A stretch of 64,000 nt of DNA, taken from the NCBI GenBank assembly GCA_965198115.1, contig OZ240241.1, positions 1,056,001 through 1,120,000 of the forward strand, given 5' to 3'. Shown here in pieces: positions 31,534 to 41,449 of this stretch (the stretch's first letter is position 1; each line of letters begins with the position of its first letter). The notes beneath the pieces are model-generated. The model worked only from the letters and a program-made list of their open reading frames with translations, searched no databases and was not told the DNA's origin. This DNA comes from Candidatus Latescibacterota bacterium (lineage in GTDB: Bacteria > Latescibacterota > UBA2968). The translations under genes and the position numbers were made by a program.

Positions 31534-34231
31534 TCAACCGACGCTCACCCTCGATGGAGAAGTCGTCGCATTCTCGCCAGGCCAAACCCTCTACGAAGTG
31601 GCAGGAGCGGAGCAGCGAGAGGTGCCGACACTGTGCTATGATCCACGGCTCGAACCGTTCGGGAGTTGCCGGCTCTGCATCGTAGATGTTGAAGGGATCA
31701 GGAATCCTGTGGCTTCGTGCACGATGCGAGCACAGCCCGGCCTGGTCGTTCGCACCACCACGGAGGTCTTGGAGAAGCACCGCAGGACGCTCCTCGAAAT
31801 GGTTGTGTCAGAGAACAGGGAGGTGGAGGTCGACCCACTTCGGGGTTACGCCTCTCAGGAGCTAACGGACCTTGTCGAGCGTTACGATGTCGATCGTGGA
31901 CGTTTCGACGGAGCACATTCCGGCCAGACTTTCGAGGACGATGACAATCCGTTCATTCTGAGGGACTACGACCTCTGTATTTCCTGTAATCGATGTGTGC
32001 GGGTCTGCGCCGAACAGGAAGGGGACTACGCGATCAGCATCAAGGGGAGGGGATTCGGGACACAGATCACGACTGAGTTCGACGAGCAACTGCGCAACTC
32101 CTCGTGCACCTTCTGTGGGCAATGCGTGCAGACCTGTCCGACGGGCGCACTTGCAGACAGGAAGGCTCTGCGTGCAATGGACGCGCCTGGCGAAATCGAG
32201 GAGACGCGCTCGGTTTGTCCTTACTGTGGCGTGGGCTGCTCGGTCGATCTGATGACAAAAGAAGATCGACTCATCGGAATCCGTCCGGCTATGGATGGGC
32301 CCGCCAACGAGGGAGCCCTGTGCGTGAAGGGGCAGTTTGCGTTCGACTTCGTTCAACATTCCGACCGATTGAAGCGGCCTCTTGTGCGGAACGGTCAAGG
32401 GGACCTAGAGGAAACGGACTGGGATACTGCCCTCGACCGGGCCGCGGACGGCTTCAGGTCCGTGTTGGCCGAACACGGGCGTCACGCCATCTACGGTGTG
32501 GCATCAGGAAGAACCCCGTCCGAGGCCAACTACATCATGCAAAAGTTCATCCGAGTGGGGTTCGGGTCCAATTACATAGACAACTGTAGCCGTGCCTGAC
32601 ACGCTCCCACGGTTGCCGGTCTGGCAGCCACGATCGGAAGAGGAGCGATGTCGAACCCCCTGGAGGACATGGAAAAGCCCGATGTCATCTTCTGCATCGG
32701 GACGAACATGACCGAATGCCATCCCGTTGCGGCCACACGAATCAAAAAGGCCGTGGCGCGTGGCGCCAGGCTCGTCGTGGCGGATCCGCGCAGGATCCCG
32801 CTCGCAGACATGGCCGACCTCTACCTGCCCCTGCGTGTAGGGTCTGACACGGCACTGCTTCTCGGCATGGCTCACGTTATCGCCCGCGATGGATTGGTCA
32901 ATCGCCGGTTTGTCGACGATCGAACAACCGAGAGCGACCCGTTCCTCGAACACGTTACCCAGTCCACGCCGGAATGGGCCGAACGGATATCTGGCGTTCC
33001 AGCCAGGGACATCGAGCGGGCAGCCAAGTGGTACGGGGAGGCCGAACGGGGTGCCATTTACTATACCCTGGGCATCACCGAACACATCTGCGGCGTCGAC
33101 AATGTGCAGAGCTTGTGCAACCTGGCCTTGATGACCGGCAACATCGGTCGAGAGGGAACAGGCGTGAACCCCATGCGTGGCCAAAACAACATCCAGGGCG
33201 CCGGTGACAGCGGGGCGATCCCGTCCAATTATCCGGGATTTCAGTCGGTCGAAGATCCGACTAATCAGAAAAAGTTCGCAGCGGCCTACGGGCGGGAAGT
33301 CGACCTGCAAAAAGGGATCACAAAGGTCCGGGCCCTCGAACAGTGTGGCGAGCACATCCACGCTATGTTGATCGACGGCGAGAACACGGTGGTTTCGGAT
33401 CCGGACAGGGCACATTGCGAACACGCCCTGGATGCGCTCAAACACCTGGTGGTGATCGACATCTTTCTGACGGAGACGGCCGAACTCGCCGATGTCGTCC
33501 TGCCTGCAACAGCGTGGGCTGAGACGGATGGCGTCTTTACGAACACCGAAAGACGCGTTCAGCGGGTCAGGGCGGCGGTATCACCGCAGGGTGACGCCAA
33601 ACCCGATTGGTGGATTGTCTGCCAAATTGCAAGACGCCTGGGCTTCGAGGGTTTCCAGTTTGACGATCCCAAATCGATTTTCAACGAACTTTGCAGTCTG
33701 TCCACAATCTACGCTGGGTTGAATTGGGACCGGGTCGAAAAAGGCGAATACCAGTGGCCTGTTCCCGAAGACGGCCATCCCGGGACGCCCATCCTTCACG
33801 AGGGCGAATTTCCGAACGGCCGCGGTATCTTCAAAGTCATCGGCTATCGGGATCCTGCAGAGACGATCGACGAGGATTACCCGGTCTGGCTCACGACGGG
33901 GCGGCGGCTCGCCTCCTACCACACTCGAACCCAGACTGGCCGGGCCAGGGGTATCGACTATTTGCTTTCGGAGGAGGCTTTGGAGGTTCATCCCGATGAT
34001 GTCTCGGCGTGGGGTCTGAGGGACGGCGCCTGGTGCTCGATCGCCAGTCGCCGGGGAACCGTTCGGGTCAAAGTCCGCGCAACCGACCGGTCACCAAGGG
34101 GGACGGTCTTCGCGAGTTTCAGCTTCAACGACGTGCCCATCAACACCTTGACCGGCTCGGGCTACGACCCCACGACCGACACGGCCGAACTGAAAGTCTG
34201 TCCGGTCAGGGTCGAACCTGACGAGGGGTGA
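31526..34231 (+). CDS. fdhF: Formate dehydrogenase alpha subunit, selenocysteine-containing (UGA at 32597-32599)
   Basis: 2Fe-2S, 2x4Fe-4S and CPYCGVGC motifs; DNCSRA-UGA-HAPTVAGL is in frame with the 32648 ORF; RGQNN; SECIS present. Confidence 0.92.
32611..32629 (+). promoter_or_regulatory. Bacterial SECIS element
   Basis: GGTTGCC-GGTCT-GGCAGCC hairpin starting 11 nt after the UGA, resembling the E. coli fdhF SECIS. Confidence 0.85.
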
Positions 34232-35052
34232 GCTTGGCGTCCCAATCGGCAGTTTCGCGCGAAATCGAACGCATTGACGGCGACCGGAAGTCGGTCGAAG
34301 ACCGAGTCGCGGTAGAGGAACCCCTCGAAATCCGTGTGGCGGGAGAGACGGTGGCTATCACGATGAGAACACCGGGAGAAGATCGATGGCTCACCGCCGG
34401 TTTCCTCATCGCCGAAGGGATCGTCCAAGACCTCGGGGACATATCCCGCATCTACCACTGCGGGAGACCGGGCACGGAGGGCTACGGAAACGCGATCGAT
34501 GCGGTTCCCGCCGCCGGCCTAGTCCTGCCGATCGAAAAGACAGATGCGAGCCGAAGGGGTACGCTGACGACATCCGCCTGCGGCGTCTGCGGTCGACAGA
34601 GCATCGACGACCTTATAGCGCGCTGCGAAGTCGTCGAGGATTCGGTTTCGATCGACGTCGGCGTTATCGGTTCAGTCGTGGAGGCGCTTCGAACGAAACA
34701 AGGTGTTTTCGACGAGACCGGAGGCGTGCACGCGGCCGCCCTTGCCAACGAGGCCGGTGAAATTGTCGTCTGCTGTGAAGACATTGGAAGACATAACGCA
34801 GTCGATAAGGTCTTCGGTGCCCTGGCACTCGGCGAAGCCGATTCGGGCGAGCCGGCCATTCTGGCTGTGAGCGGCAGGGCGAGTTTCGAGATCGTTCAAA
34901 AAGCTGCGGCTTCCCGTGTTCCCATCGTGGCCAGCGTCTCCGCGGCGAGTTCGCTGGCCGTAGACCTGGCCCATCGGCTGGGCATCACCCTCGTTGGATT
35001 CGTACGGGGAAAACGCATGAACATCTACACGCATTCTGAACGGATTTCGTGA
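34228..35052 (+). CDS. fdhD: FDH sulfurtransferase FdhD
   Basis: EEPLEI, MRTPG, SACGVCG, TGGVHAA, EDIGRHNAVDK. Confidence 0.95.
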   Translation: MSLASQSAVSREIERIDGDRKSVEDRVAVEEPLEIRVAGETVAITMRTPGEDRWLTAGFLIAEGIVQDLGDISRIYHCGRPGTEGYGNAIDAVPAAGLVLPIEKTDASRRGTLTTSACGVCGRQSIDDLIARCEVVEDSVSIDVGVIGSVVEALRTKQGVFDETGGVHAAALANEAGEIVVCCEDIGRHNAVDKVFGALALGEADSGEPAILAVSGRASFEIVQKAAASRVPIVASVSAASSLAVDLAHRLGITLVGFVRGKRMNIYTHSERIS

Positions 35053-36834
35053 ATGTCGACCGATTCCATCACTGATCGGATCGACGCCCTCCGCGACCTC
35101 ATGCGGGATGAGGGGGTTGCGGCCTTCCTCGTTCCCAGCACTGACGAGCACCAGAACGAGTATGTGCCCGCGTGGTGGCGACGACGGGAGTGGATCTCCG
35201 GTTTCACCGGGTCGGCGGGCGACGTGGTCGTAACGACGGTCGATGCGAAGCTATGGACCGACAGCCGGTACCATCTGCAAGCGGCCGAGCAGTTGAAAGG
35301 CTCTGGCGTCGAACTGATGAAAATCGGACGGCCTGATGTGCCGACCCTGGCCGAGTGGCTGGCGTCGACCCTTTCGAGGGATGAGAGGGTCGGATTCGAT
35401 CCCGATGTCCTCTCGAGAAGGGTCCACTCGGACCTGCTCGAAGAGCTGTCACGGAAGGGGATAGAGCTGCATCCCCTGGAGCGGAACCTGGTCGACAAGA
35501 TCTGGACCGACCGCCCGGACGTGTCCAATCGGTCTGTGCGAGTGCTCGAAGAGACTTATGCGGGCGAGCCGGTTCGCGATAAGCTAACGCGTGTGCGTGA
35601 GAAGATGGCCGAGGCTGGAGCCGACGTGCACATCCTTTCATCGCTGGACGCGATTGCGTGGCTCTTTAACCTGCGCGGTGACGATGTAGACTACAACCCT
35701 GTTTTTCTGGCTCACGCGGCGGTGACGTCGGATTCCGCGTATCTCTTCATCAATGAACGCAAGCTGAATGGCGACGTTCGGGCTGCCCTGGACGGTGACG
35801 TAGAGATTCGCCCCTACGAAGCCGTCGGTGCGTTCGTTGCTTCGTGTCAGTCCGACGCGCTTCTGATTTGGGCGGACCCCGAGGCGACAAGCCACAACCT
35901 TGCGCCCGAGAAGGGTGTGGAAAAGCGGTCTCCCGTGGTCGACCTCAAGGCCGTGAAGAATCCGGTGGAACTCAATGGCTTCCGAAGGGCGCACATCGAG
36001 GACGGTGTCGCCATGGTGGCCTTCATCAGATGGCTCGAGGAACACGTTCCCGCAGGCGACGTCGACGAAATGCGGGCTGCCGAGAAGTTGCTGTCGTTTC
36101 GTCGGAAAGGAAACGGGTTCGTCGGAGCCAGTTTCGGAACGATCTCCTCCTACGGGCCCCACGGCGCAATGAATCACTACGCGGTGAGTAACGAGTCCAA
36201 CATACCGCTCGGCACAGACTCGCTGTATCTGGTCGACTCTGGAGGACAGTACAGTTACGGCACGACGGACATCACCCGAACGTTCTGTTTCGGAAAGCCC
36301 ACGCACGAGCAGGTCGAGATGTACACGCGCGTTCTGAAAGGACATATCGCCATCTGCACCCTATCCTTTCCCGAGGGCACCTTCGGAAGGCAATTGGATC
36401 TAGCGGCTCGCAAGCCGCTCTGGGAGGCAGGTCGAAACTATGGCCACGGAACCGGTCACGGAATCGGCCACTATCTGAATGTGCACGAAGGCCCCATTTC
36501 AATCGGCCCTCGCGGCCAGGAGGTGGCCCTGGCTACGGGCCACGTGATTTCCAACGAACCCGGCTACTACGAAGACGGAGCGTATGGAATCCGTATCGAG
36601 AACCTTCTCGCTGTAGTACCGGATCCCGATCGCTCAGCTGGAGACCAGGCTTTTTTGAAGTTCGAGAACTTGACCCGCTGCCCGATTGCGACGAATCTGG
36701 TTGACGTCAGCCTTCTCGATCAGGATGAAAGGGCCTGGCTCAACGATTTCCATCGAATAGTTCGCGAATCGCTTTCCCCGCATCTCGACACGCCGGGGCA
36801 GCAATGGCTGTCCGAACGGACGGAACCCATCTAG
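35053..36834 (+). CDS. Xaa-Pro aminopeptidase P (M24B)
   Basis: SGFTGSAG, WTDSRY, DSGGQY..GTTDITRT, HGTGHGIG, HEGP, EPGYY, GIRIEN. Confidence 0.92.
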   Translation: MSTDSITDRIDALRDLMRDEGVAAFLVPSTDEHQNEYVPAWWRRREWISGFTGSAGDVVVTTVDAKLWTDSRYHLQAAEQLKGSGVELMKIGRPDVPTLAEWLASTLSRDERVGFDPDVLSRRVHSDLLEELSRKGIELHPLERNLVDKIWTDRPDVSNRSVRVLEETYAGEPVRDKLTRVREKMAEAGADVHILSSLDAIAWLFNLRGDDVDYNPVFLAHAAVTSDSAYLFINERKLNGDVRAALDGDVEIRPYEAVGAFVASCQSDALLIWADPEATSHNLAPEKGVEKRSPVVDLKAVKNPVELNGFRRAHIEDGVAMVAFIRWLEEHVPAGDVDEMRAAEKLLSFRRKGNGFVGASFGTISSYGPHGAMNHYAVSNESNIPLGTDSLYLVDSGGQYSYGTTDITRTFCFGKPTHEQVEMYTRVLKGHIAICTLSFPEGTFGRQLDLAARKPLWEAGRNYGHGTGHGIGHYLNVHEGPISIGPRGQEVALATGHVISNEPGYYEDGAYGIRIENLLAVVPDPDRSAGDQAFLKFENLTRCPIATNLVDVSLLDQDERAWLNDFHRIVRESLSPHLDTPGQQWLSERTEPI

Positions 36835-36846
36835 GAGAAGGATCCC

Positions 36847-37062
36847 ATGCCCCTCTTTGATTATGTGTGCGATGGCTGTGGACACGCATTCGAGGCACTC
36901 GTCAGTCCGGAACGAAAACCCGCGTGCCCAGCCTGCGATGGCGTCCGTTTGACCAAGGAGCTTTCACGGTTCGCGGTTGCAGCTGCCACGACAACAGGCT
37001 CGCAGCCCGCTTGCGGAACCTGCGGTGATCCCAGAGGAGCCGGAGCCTGTCAACTGGGATGA
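36847..37062 (+). CDS. FmdB-family zinc-ribbon protein
   Basis: MPLFDYVCDGCGHAFE...CPAC. Confidence 0.85.
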   Translation: MPLFDYVCDGCGHAFEALVSPERKPACPACDGVRLTKELSRFAVAAATTTGSQPACGTCGDPRGAGACQLG

Positions 37063-37065
37063 TCA

Positions 37066-37135
37066 CAAAAAGAGGCGCCGACCTTGCGAAAGATCGACGC
37101 CTCGGGGGAATGTACACCGACACACACACTTGCCA
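37066..37135 (-). ncRNA. Candidate sigma28-dependent small RNA complementary to the flagellin 5' UTR
   Basis: Own sigma28 promoter and terminator, no ORF; GUGUGUGUCGGUG is complementary to the flagellin leader at 38760-38772. Confidence 0.6.
37067..37103 (-). terminator. Intrinsic terminator (minus strand)
   Basis: GAGGCGTCGATCTT-TCGC-AAGGTCGGCGCCTC-TTTTT; the stem works only on the minus strand (G-U pairs). Confidence 0.85.
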
Positions 37136-37141
37136 CTTATT

Positions 37142-37168
37142 GTATCGGCGTGTTCTCGGATCTGTTTA
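37142..37168 (-). promoter_or_regulatory. sigma28 (FliA) promoter
   Basis: TAAA-N15-GCCGATAC. Confidence 0.75.
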
Positions 37169-37175
37169 GCGGAAA

Positions 37176-37394
37176 TTACGTAAGACGTGCGACGGCACCA
37201 GGACCGTTCGGGTGGAGGGGAAGCCCCTCAGCACGATCCGACACGGCGTAGACCGTTTCTTTGACGTTGCTGCTTTCCAGGTCGATCACGTAGTGAACCC
37301 GACTCGCGTCCCAACCTTGCCTCTGAGCGAGCGCGATCAGCACCCGATGGAGTTCTTCCGCGGTTGTTCCGAATTTGACTGCGATCCGTTCCAT
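37176..37394 (-). CDS. Small hypothetical protein (72 aa)
   Basis: GGAGG RBS 7 nt before ATG; MERIAVKFGTTAEELHRVL... Confidence 0.6.
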   Translation of the reverse strand: MERIAVKFGTTAEELHRVLIALAQRQGWDASRVHYVIDLESSNVKETVYAVSDRAEGLPLHPNGPGAVARLT

Positions 37395-37466
37395 TATCTG
37401 ACCTCCGAGCGATCGTCCATCTAACCTAAAGGTCTGAAGACCACACAGAGCTGTCAAGCACCAACA

Positions 37467-37494
37467 GAAAAAGCCCCATCCGTGGGGCTTCTTT
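37467..37494 (-). terminator. Terminator after flagellin 1 (possibly bidirectional)
   Basis: AAAAAGCCCCA-TCCG-TGGGGCTTCTTT. Confidence 0.75.
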
Positions 37495-37551
37495 CGTTCG
37501 AGGACCGAGCGAGGCCTGCTCTTCCTTGAGCGGCTAGGGTGGGGGTCTCTG

Positions 37552-38737
37552 TTACAGGAGCGAGATGACGCCCGCCGCTTGGACGTTGGCTTGCGCGAAG
37601 ACGGAAAGGCCGGTGTGTGAGAATCTGGCTTCTGGCCAGCGCCGATACCTCGAGTGCCACATCGGCATCCCTGATCGTAGAATCGCTGGCCTGATCGTTC
37701 TCCGCCATGACCTCGTTCGCACGGATATTCGTGCCCAGTCGGTTCTGTATCGAGCCGAGTCCACCGCGTGTCTGCACGACCTCCTGGATGGCAATATCGA
37801 TGTTCAAAATTGCGGACTGTGACGCCGAAGCAGAGGAGACGGAAGCAGATCCCAGGTTTAGCACGGCGCCAGAGGCTCGCATGTCACGAATCGTCGTCTC
37901 GATCCGGTGGACCGAGCCATCGTCGGGGCCGACCTGAAAAGTGCCACCGGTTCCAGACTCGATTTCGAGGGCGAGACCATTCAAGTCACCGTCGCGATAG
38001 CCATCGGTGGCCGGGTTAATGCCCTCGGCAGCGTTCTGGCCGCTCAGGACGAGCTGAATTCCAAGACGGTCGAAGTTGGCCACGACCGAAGAACCCGACG
38101 CTACGACGCCGCCCACGCCGTCCGTGTCCAGCGCGGCACCGATCGCGACCGTCTGTGTTACGGTACCGTTTCCAAGCGAAATGCTGCGGTCTCCGGCTGT
38201 GTCGGCAAACAGATAGCGACCGGTCTGGGCGCCGGAGATCTGAGTGGATGTGAGGCCGGTGGTGGGGGAGGCGAGGGCGGTGGATACTGTGACATCTGAA
38301 CTCACCGAGTTGCCGAAGCCGGTCAGCAGCGACGTGTTGTTGTAGGTGGTTGCCTGTGCTATCCGGTCGATCTCGTTGATGAGCTGAACGAACTCGGCGT
38401 TCACGGATTCGCGGTTTTGGTTGTTAACGGTCGAGCTGGCCGACTGAACGGCGAGCTCCCGCATTCTTATCAGGACGGTGTTGACCTCGTTCAGAGCGCC
38501 TTCGGCGGTCTGAATCAGATTGATCGCCTGTTCTGAATTCCGAATGCCCTGGAGGAATCCGGAGATTTCCGACCTCAGTCCTTCAGAAACGCTGAGGCCG
38601 GCCGCGTCGTCGGCCGCTCTATTGACTTTGAGCCCCGATGACAAGCGTTCGATTCGCAGTGTGAGATCCCTGGTCGTGTTCCCAAGGATTCGCATGGAGT
38701 TGAACGCAGGGATGTTGGTGTTGACTCGGAGTGGCAT
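37552..38737 (-). CDS. fliC: Flagellin 1 (frameshift ~37615 near the C-terminus)
   Basis: RVNTN, ERLSSGLKVNRAADDAAG, QTAEGAL, IRDADVA; true end TGLSVFAQANVQAAGVISLL-TAA is in another frame. Confidence 0.9.
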
Positions 38738-38851
38738 GTGAACACCCTTGCGATGGCCAGTGTGTGTCGGTGGTTCTTCAGTTCCTCCCGTGATGGAAAA
38801 CGCCGCCCGTGGAGTGTGTGTGGTCCAAGGCGTTTCCCGGGTCTACGTGGT

Positions 38852-38879
38852 ATATCGGATACGCTTGAGCGAATCTTGA
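38852..38879 (-). promoter_or_regulatory. sigma28 promoter of flagellin 1
   Basis: TCAA-N16-TCCGATAT. Confidence 0.6.
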
Positions 38880-38897
38880 GTTTTGGCCGGAAAAAGT

Positions 38898-39974
38898 TCA
38901 GGCGGGGGGCGACCAGATGCCGGGGAGACGATAGCCGCAGTCCTGGCAGGTACCGTTATTCTTGAGGCGAGAGGAAAGAATCGTAAAACCTAGCCGCTCG
39001 ATCAGCGTTTTCTCACACGAGGGGCAACGGGTGTGCTCGAGGTCGCCCACTCGTCCCGGTGCATTCCCGGCATAGACGAAGCGAAGGCCCTCTTCGTACC
39101 CGATTTCCACGGCGCGCCGAAGGTGGGAGACGCCCGTGGGCTCCGGATCCGTCATTTTGTAGTCGCGATGAAAGGCCGTCACGTGCCAAGGGATGTCAGG
39201 GGAAACGGATGAGATGAAGCGGGCGGCGTCACGCACCTCCGCATCGGACGTGTTCCAGCCGGGGATGAGCAGCGTGACGATCTCGAGCCAGAGTCCGCGC
39301 TCGAAAATCCCCCCGATTGAATCCAGAACGGTCTGCAGCAGGCACCCGAGCTGCCTATAGCTGCGGTCCGACATGGTCTTCAGATCGACCTTATACGCAT
39401 CCGTCTGTGCATCGATGTAATCGAGGACTTCGGGTGTGGCATTGCCGTTCGACACAAACGCTGTTAACAATCCAGCCTTACGAGCCTCCGTGAACACCGA
39501 AATCGCCCATTCGGCAGTGATAAGCGGTTCATTGTATGAGCTAACGATAGAGCCAGCGCCTCGGCTCAGCGCGGCCTGGACCAGCTCTGACTGCGTTATT
39601 TCGGTCGGGCCTCCGGTAGCGGCTGGATCCCGCAGAGCCTGTGACGTGATCCAGTTCTGGCAATACGCACAATGCAGATCGCACCCCAACATCCCGAACG
39701 TGAGCGCCTTGGAGCCTGGAAGCACGTGATAGAACGGTTTTTTCTCGATCGGGTCACATTGAACACCGGCCGCGTAGCCCCACGGGACCTCCAGTCGACC
39801 GTCCTCGTTGAACCGAACTTGACAGATACCCCGCCGACCGGGTCGAATGAGACACCGGTGACCGCAAGCGTAGCAACGTAGCGACCCGTTCTCCTCGTCT
39901 GCATAGAGGGAGCCCAGTCGGGTAAGCGAGTCTATTTTGTCGGCAAGTGAGGAGGTGGCGTCTGGCGGGGTCAT
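38898..39974 (-). CDS. amrS: AmmeMemoRadiSam system radical SAM enzyme
   Basis: CYACGHRC, DPIEKKPFYH, GCDLHCAYCQNW, SYNEP, PWHVTAFH. Confidence 0.9.
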   Translation of the reverse strand: MTPPDATSSLADKIDSLTRLGSLYADEENGSLRCYACGHRCLIRPGRRGICQVRFNEDGRLEVPWGYAAGVQCDPIEKKPFYHVLPGSKALTFGMLGCDLHCAYCQNWITSQALRDPAATGGPTEITQSELVQAALSRGAGSIVSSYNEPLITAEWAISVFTEARKAGLLTAFVSNGNATPEVLDYIDAQTDAYKVDLKTMSDRSYRQLGCLLQTVLDSIGGIFERGLWLEIVTLLIPGWNTSDAEVRDAARFISSVSPDIPWHVTAFHRDYKMTDPEPTGVSHLRRAVEIGYEEGLRFVYAGNAPGRVGDLEHTRCPSCEKTLIERLGFTILSSRLKNNGTCQDCGYRLPGIWSPPA

Positions 39975-39991
39975 TGGCGAGTAAAAACCTC

Positions 39992-40019
39992 TAAAGGAGT
40001 CTGTTCACTCTGTCGATAC
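39992..40019 (+). promoter_or_regulatory. sigma28 promoter of flagellin 2
   Basis: TAAA-N16-GTCGATAC. Confidence 0.65.
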
Positions 40020-40059
40020 TTTCCATACAACGTGGTATTACATGAGTTTTTGTAGAACC

Positions 40060-40101
40060 GAGAAGGGGATCTTCTCCGAGCAACACCTACAAGGAGGTAG
40101 G
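40060..40101 (+). promoter_or_regulatory. Two GGA-loop hairpins (CsrA-type sites), the second containing the RBS
   Basis: GAGAAG-GGGAT-CTTCTC and CCTAC-AAGGAG-GTAGG. Confidence 0.55.
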
Positions 40102-40105
40102 GCTT

Positions 40106-41302
40106 ATGTCTGCGCTGGTGGTCAATCATAACATAATGGCGATCAACACCGGGCGCCATCTGAAGATCAACAACAGGGGTCTCGGGACGAATCTCGAACG
40201 TCTGTCGTCTGGTCTGAGAATCAATCGGGGAGCTGACGACCCGTCGGGTCTGCAGGTTTCCGAGGGATTTCGAGCAGAAATCGGGGGCCTTTTGACGGGC
40301 ACCCGGAATGCCGAACACGGCACGAATCTGATCCAAACGGCAGAAGGGGCTTTGAATGAGGTCAGTGCCATTCTGCTGAGGATGCGTGAGCTGGCGGTCC
40401 AGTCGGCTTCCTCGACCGTGAACGACGGCAACCGAGAAGCGATCAATGCCGAAGTCGTTCAGCTGACGTCGGAAATCGACCGAATCGCAAACTCTGCGAC
40501 CTACAACGAGCAGACTTTACTCCGTGGGTTCGGCAACACGGTCAGCCAGGATCTGACTGCCTCGAGCGTGCTTCAGTCGACGACGACAGGCGTCGTGGAC
40601 GTGAAAGTTACCGGGGCGGATTCTGGAAATTACATCTTTATCGACAGCGATCCGACAGACAACCAGATTACTTTGGGGAATGGGGTCGCAACGCAGACGA
40701 TCGACCTCGGTGCCGCCCTCGACAATGACGCCGTAGGTGGTGTCGTCGCGACCAGTTCGAGCATCATCGCGAACTTCGACCGTCTTGGGGTCCTGATCAC
40801 ACTGTCGGGTGCCCGTGCGGCGACCCTGGCTGATCCTGCGACGGACGGCTATCGGGATGGGGAGCTCAACGGGTTGACCCTGGCGGTCGATGGGGGAACG
40901 GGCGGCAGCATCCAGGTGGGTGCCGACAACCGGGCCGTCGACCGAATCGAGATCACGATCAACGATCTGTCCGCAACGGGGGCAGCGCTCGCACTGGGCG
41001 GCCTTTCTTTGAGCACGCTCGAGAGTTCGAGGAGCGCGATCTCCTCGCTCGACCTGGCGATCCAGACGATCGCCCAGATTCGAGGCGATCTCGGTGCACA
41101 GCAGAACAGGCTCGGGCACACCATCCGGAAGAACAACATCGCGATCGAGAACATGACAGCATCAGAATCTTCGATCCGAGACACAGATGTGGCGGCCGAG
41201 GTCACGACGTTCACGAAGAACCAGGTGCTGGTCCAGTCGAGCACGGCGCTCCTGGCCCAGGCCAACGCACAACCCCAGAACGCGTTGTCGCTGCTGCAGT
41301 AG
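40106..41302 (+). CDS. fliC: Flagellin 2
   Basis: VNHNIMA, ERLSSGLRINRGADD, QTAEGAL, QVGA, IRDTDVA, LAQAN..PQNALSLL. Confidence 0.95.
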   Translation: MSALVVNHNIMAINTGRHLKINNRGLGTNLERLSSGLRINRGADDPSGLQVSEGFRAEIGGLLTGTRNAEHGTNLIQTAEGALNEVSAILLRMRELAVQSASSTVNDGNREAINAEVVQLTSEIDRIANSATYNEQTLLRGFGNTVSQDLTASSVLQSTTTGVVDVKVTGADSGNYIFIDSDPTDNQITLGNGVATQTIDLGAALDNDAVGGVVATSSSIIANFDRLGVLITLSGARAATLADPATDGYRDGELNGLTLAVDGGTGGSIQVGADNRAVDRIEITINDLSATGAALALGGLSLSTLESSRSAISSLDLAIQTIAQIRGDLGAQQNRLGHTIRKNNIAIENMTASESSIRDTDVAAEVTTFTKNQVLVQSSTALLAQANAQPQNALSLLQ

Positions 41303-41330
41303 AAGATCTTTCAGATCATCAGTGGCCTAA

Positions 41331-41359
41331 CGGGCCCCGGAAGCCACTTCCGGGGCCCG
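41331..41359 (+). terminator. Hairpin/terminator after flagellin 2
   Basis: CGGGCCCCGGAAG-CCA-CTTCCGGGGCCCG; weak U-tract. Confidence 0.6.
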
Positions 41360-41449
41360 CCTCCATTTGTGCCCGAACTTGCCAGAGATTCGGCCATGAC
41401 CTACATTTACGGCTCCTCGGATGGCCAAATCGTATCTCGTGAGGACTCG

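Noticed and set aside
32597-32599. Nonsense mutation making fdh a pseudogene
   Set aside because: The UGA is at the catalytic ligand position and is followed by a SECIS
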